Source: Gnetum montanum (lineage: Eukaryota; Plantae; Gnetophyta). From it: DNA of 64,000 bases. Location of the stretch: positions 393,617 through 457,616 of the forward strand of contig MNCI01001727.1 in the NCBI GenBank assembly GCA_015680685.1, in the 5' to 3' direction. Below are positions 61,630-64,000 of the stretch, one piece after another. Position 1 is the first letter of the stretch. Every line of letters starts with the position of its first letter. Under the pieces are notes generated by a model that was given only the letters and a program-made list of their open reading frames with translations, did not search any database and was not told where the DNA came from. A program made the position numbers and the translations under genes.

Positions 61630-63925
61630 TGTTAGCATGATTTTCTCCTAACTTGTTGGGCAAGTTGTAACTTCCTAACTTGGTGAACAAGTTATGCAAG
61701 ACATTTTGTAAACCCTAACTACCTATGGAGCACTATAAAAAGGCTTCAAAAGGTAGATAGAAGGGGCTTTTGAGGGGAGGCAAAGAAAAAAAAAAGAAAA
61801 TAAAGAAGACATGTTGAAGATTACTTGTTAGATGGCTTGCTAAAGACACCATTTTGGCCACTTTATTTTAATCCAGTGAGTTATATTCTTCCCATTTTGT
61901 TTAAATTGCTTAGCTAGTGGTTTAGATAGTATCATGCTTGGCATTTAAAATTGGGATTTTTAGATTGCTCTTATAGTTCTTGTTGCATGATAGTAGTTTC
62001 CTTTTGAAATTTTCCATAGAAGAGCTTATGTTTAAAAGCCTTAAGAGAAATTTATTAGTTAAATTTATTATTATGCAACATTTAAGAACTGCTATTAGGA
62101 TTGCTGTAAGAGATCCTATGCAGTAGACATGCCATTGAGCAATCAATAATCAAGAGGGTTTAGAAAATCTTTGGTATTTTGATGGGATTGAAATAACTTC
62201 TTTATTTATAAAGTGAGTGTCATACTATTTCAATCAGAAATTGTCAAATCTTTTGAAGGTTCTATTAAATGCAATTGTTGACAACTATTATCTAGCAAAA
62301 ATAGAGTCTCGTATGTAGTAGTTTATGTAGCAATTTTTGGTAGCATAGTAGGATTTGTCTTGAAGAAATTTCTTGTTTGAGCATAGAAAGTTTGAACAAT
62401 TTGTAGATATTGAATTTGGGATAGCTTTATTGTGAAGTGTTTCCTTGAATTAATTTACCTTGTCTAAATATTTGAGATTGTACACAAATCTGCTTTCTTT
62501 TCTTTCTTTTCCTAAGTCCATTGAATCTCGCTCTATTTCTAGTTTTCTTGTGGAATTCTTCTCTCTGGGAAAAATTAGGAATAGATTGGCAAAATTGTGC
62601 TCAAATATTTTTGCAAAATTTTATTTGTTACAAGTAGGTATTATAAGGATCACATAGACTAGGTGATTAGACAAAACAAAAATTTTCACCAATTCATAGT
62701 ATTTGACAAAGTTTGGCTAAATCTCTTCATGATAGCCATTTATAGTTTTTTATATTCAGCCCAATCATTTCAACATTCACAACAGCAAACACATACTCAC
62801 GTTTAACCACTAAGTCTATTTGGAGGTATTTGGGCCTTGGTGTTGCCAGAGACTAGCAAGCACCTAAACCTTGTTCGAGAACACTCGTTGGCAGTCATGT
62901 TCCAAACAATTGCCAACAGTTCTTTTGGCACTAGAAGGAGGGCTAAAAAGTTATCCTCTAAGTTCATAAGCCTAATAATTCTAACACATCAATAGTTCTT
63001 CATTACTAGAAAGGCTTAAGAAATTCAACACTATTTTTAGTTCATGACCAACAAAATTGATAGTTTGAAAGGTTTCAAAGATTCAACAGAAGTTCTTGAT
63101 TATAAGATTGATTCTTCATCGGGAGAAGAACAAAAGATAGTTTTTAAATTTGGAACAAGTAGTGGAGTGAAAACTAGAAGGCTAGGAAGATCACCCATTA
63201 TATCTGGTTTATTGGTCTATAAGAGAAGATCTAGAAAGTTTAAGAGTTCAACTATTCAAAGAAATAAGATGGAAAATCCTTGGCAAAGAATCACACCATT
63301 AGGATTTTAAAATTATAATGATATTCCTGAGGTAGTTTACAAATATTTGCTTGAGCCTTTCATTCCTAGAAAAGCTTACTTAGTTGAAGAATACATTCAC
63401 ATGTTTGAGTTAACTTTAGCTCATGCAAATATTCAACATCAAGATCAAGCTTGTAGGCTATTTGTATCAAATTTAAAGGATATGGCTCAAATTTGGTATT
63501 CAAACTTACCAAGTAACAATATTAAAAGTTGGGATGACATGAAGAATCTTTTCTTAGCCCAGTTTGGTAATCAATTAGATCAACAACAACTATATTATGA
63601 ACTAATACAAGCTAAGCAAAGAGTTAAAGAATCAATTAGAGATTTCAATATCAAATTTCAACGAGTTTGCGAACTCTTTCAAAGACAATATAGACCATCA
63701 GATGAAATTCTTAGAGAAACTTATCTAAAAGCTATCAACCCTAACATTTCAATTTGGTTAAGAAGAACTCCAAACTTAACTACACTAAAAGACTACTTTA
63801 GTGAAGCTATACAATTAGAAAAATAGTTGAACTTGAATCATGAAGAAAATATTGCAACTTAAAAAAGAGAAGAGAAAGTTGCGATTCCAATGCAAGATTT
63901 TTCTCAATTTAAAGCTTTACCATGT
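61630..63925 (+). mobile_element. LTR retrotransposon (Gypsy-type gag): 5' LTR, tRNA-Asn PBS and gag, interrupted by an Athila LTR
   Basis: Candidate LTR TGTTAGCA (61630)...TGCCAACA (62918); PBS TGGCACTAGAAGGAGGG at 62926; retrotrans-gag ORF 63347-63826 (ACRLFVSNLKDMAQIWYSNL...SWDDMKNLFLAQF...KQRVKESIRDF). Confidence 0.7.
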
Positions 63926-64000
63926 TGATGAGTGGTGAGGTACCCCTACACTCAACCATACGAAATGAGCGTAGCACGCACGATCCGGTCGAACTCTGCA
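63926..64000 (-). mobile_element. 3' end of another Athila-family LTR (element continues beyond the window)
   Basis: TGATGAGTGGTGAGGTACCCCTACACTCAACCATACG is the reverse complement of the LTR ends at 49453 and 54494. Confidence 0.88.

Overview
Land-plant nuclear DNA from a large, TE-rich genome (draft assembly, with N gaps at 23942-24000 and 34460-35369 and single-n joins). There is one host gene, a minus-strand SOQ1-like chloroplast HAD hydrolase. It has 7 recognisable exons over 14675-45752, two GC-AG introns, a 25.25-kb TE-filled intron 5 and two 1-bp deletions that break the frame. Nearly everything else is nested, decayed retroelements: a Tat-clade Ty3/Gypsy (RH-aRH-INT) inserted into an Athila integrase; a Tat solo LTR with a perfect TSD; a Tork/Tnt1-like Ty1/Copia; a pol-less Athila inside a satellite array; a CRM-like remnant; a tRNA-Asn-primed element; and several LINEs. 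The most unusual signal is an L1-type LINE family seen in three independent, diverged insertions (12615-13758 +, 21546-27720 -, ~28027-35457 +). After the zf-RVT/WxxWKxRN motif, where plant L1s usually end or carry RNase H, its ORF2 frame continues into a ~470-codon extension. The extension comprises a domain resembling LTR-retrotransposon accessory ORFs (ATHILA ORF/Transposase_32/PMD-like; this assignment is inference), a coiled coil and a His/Cys-containing tail.
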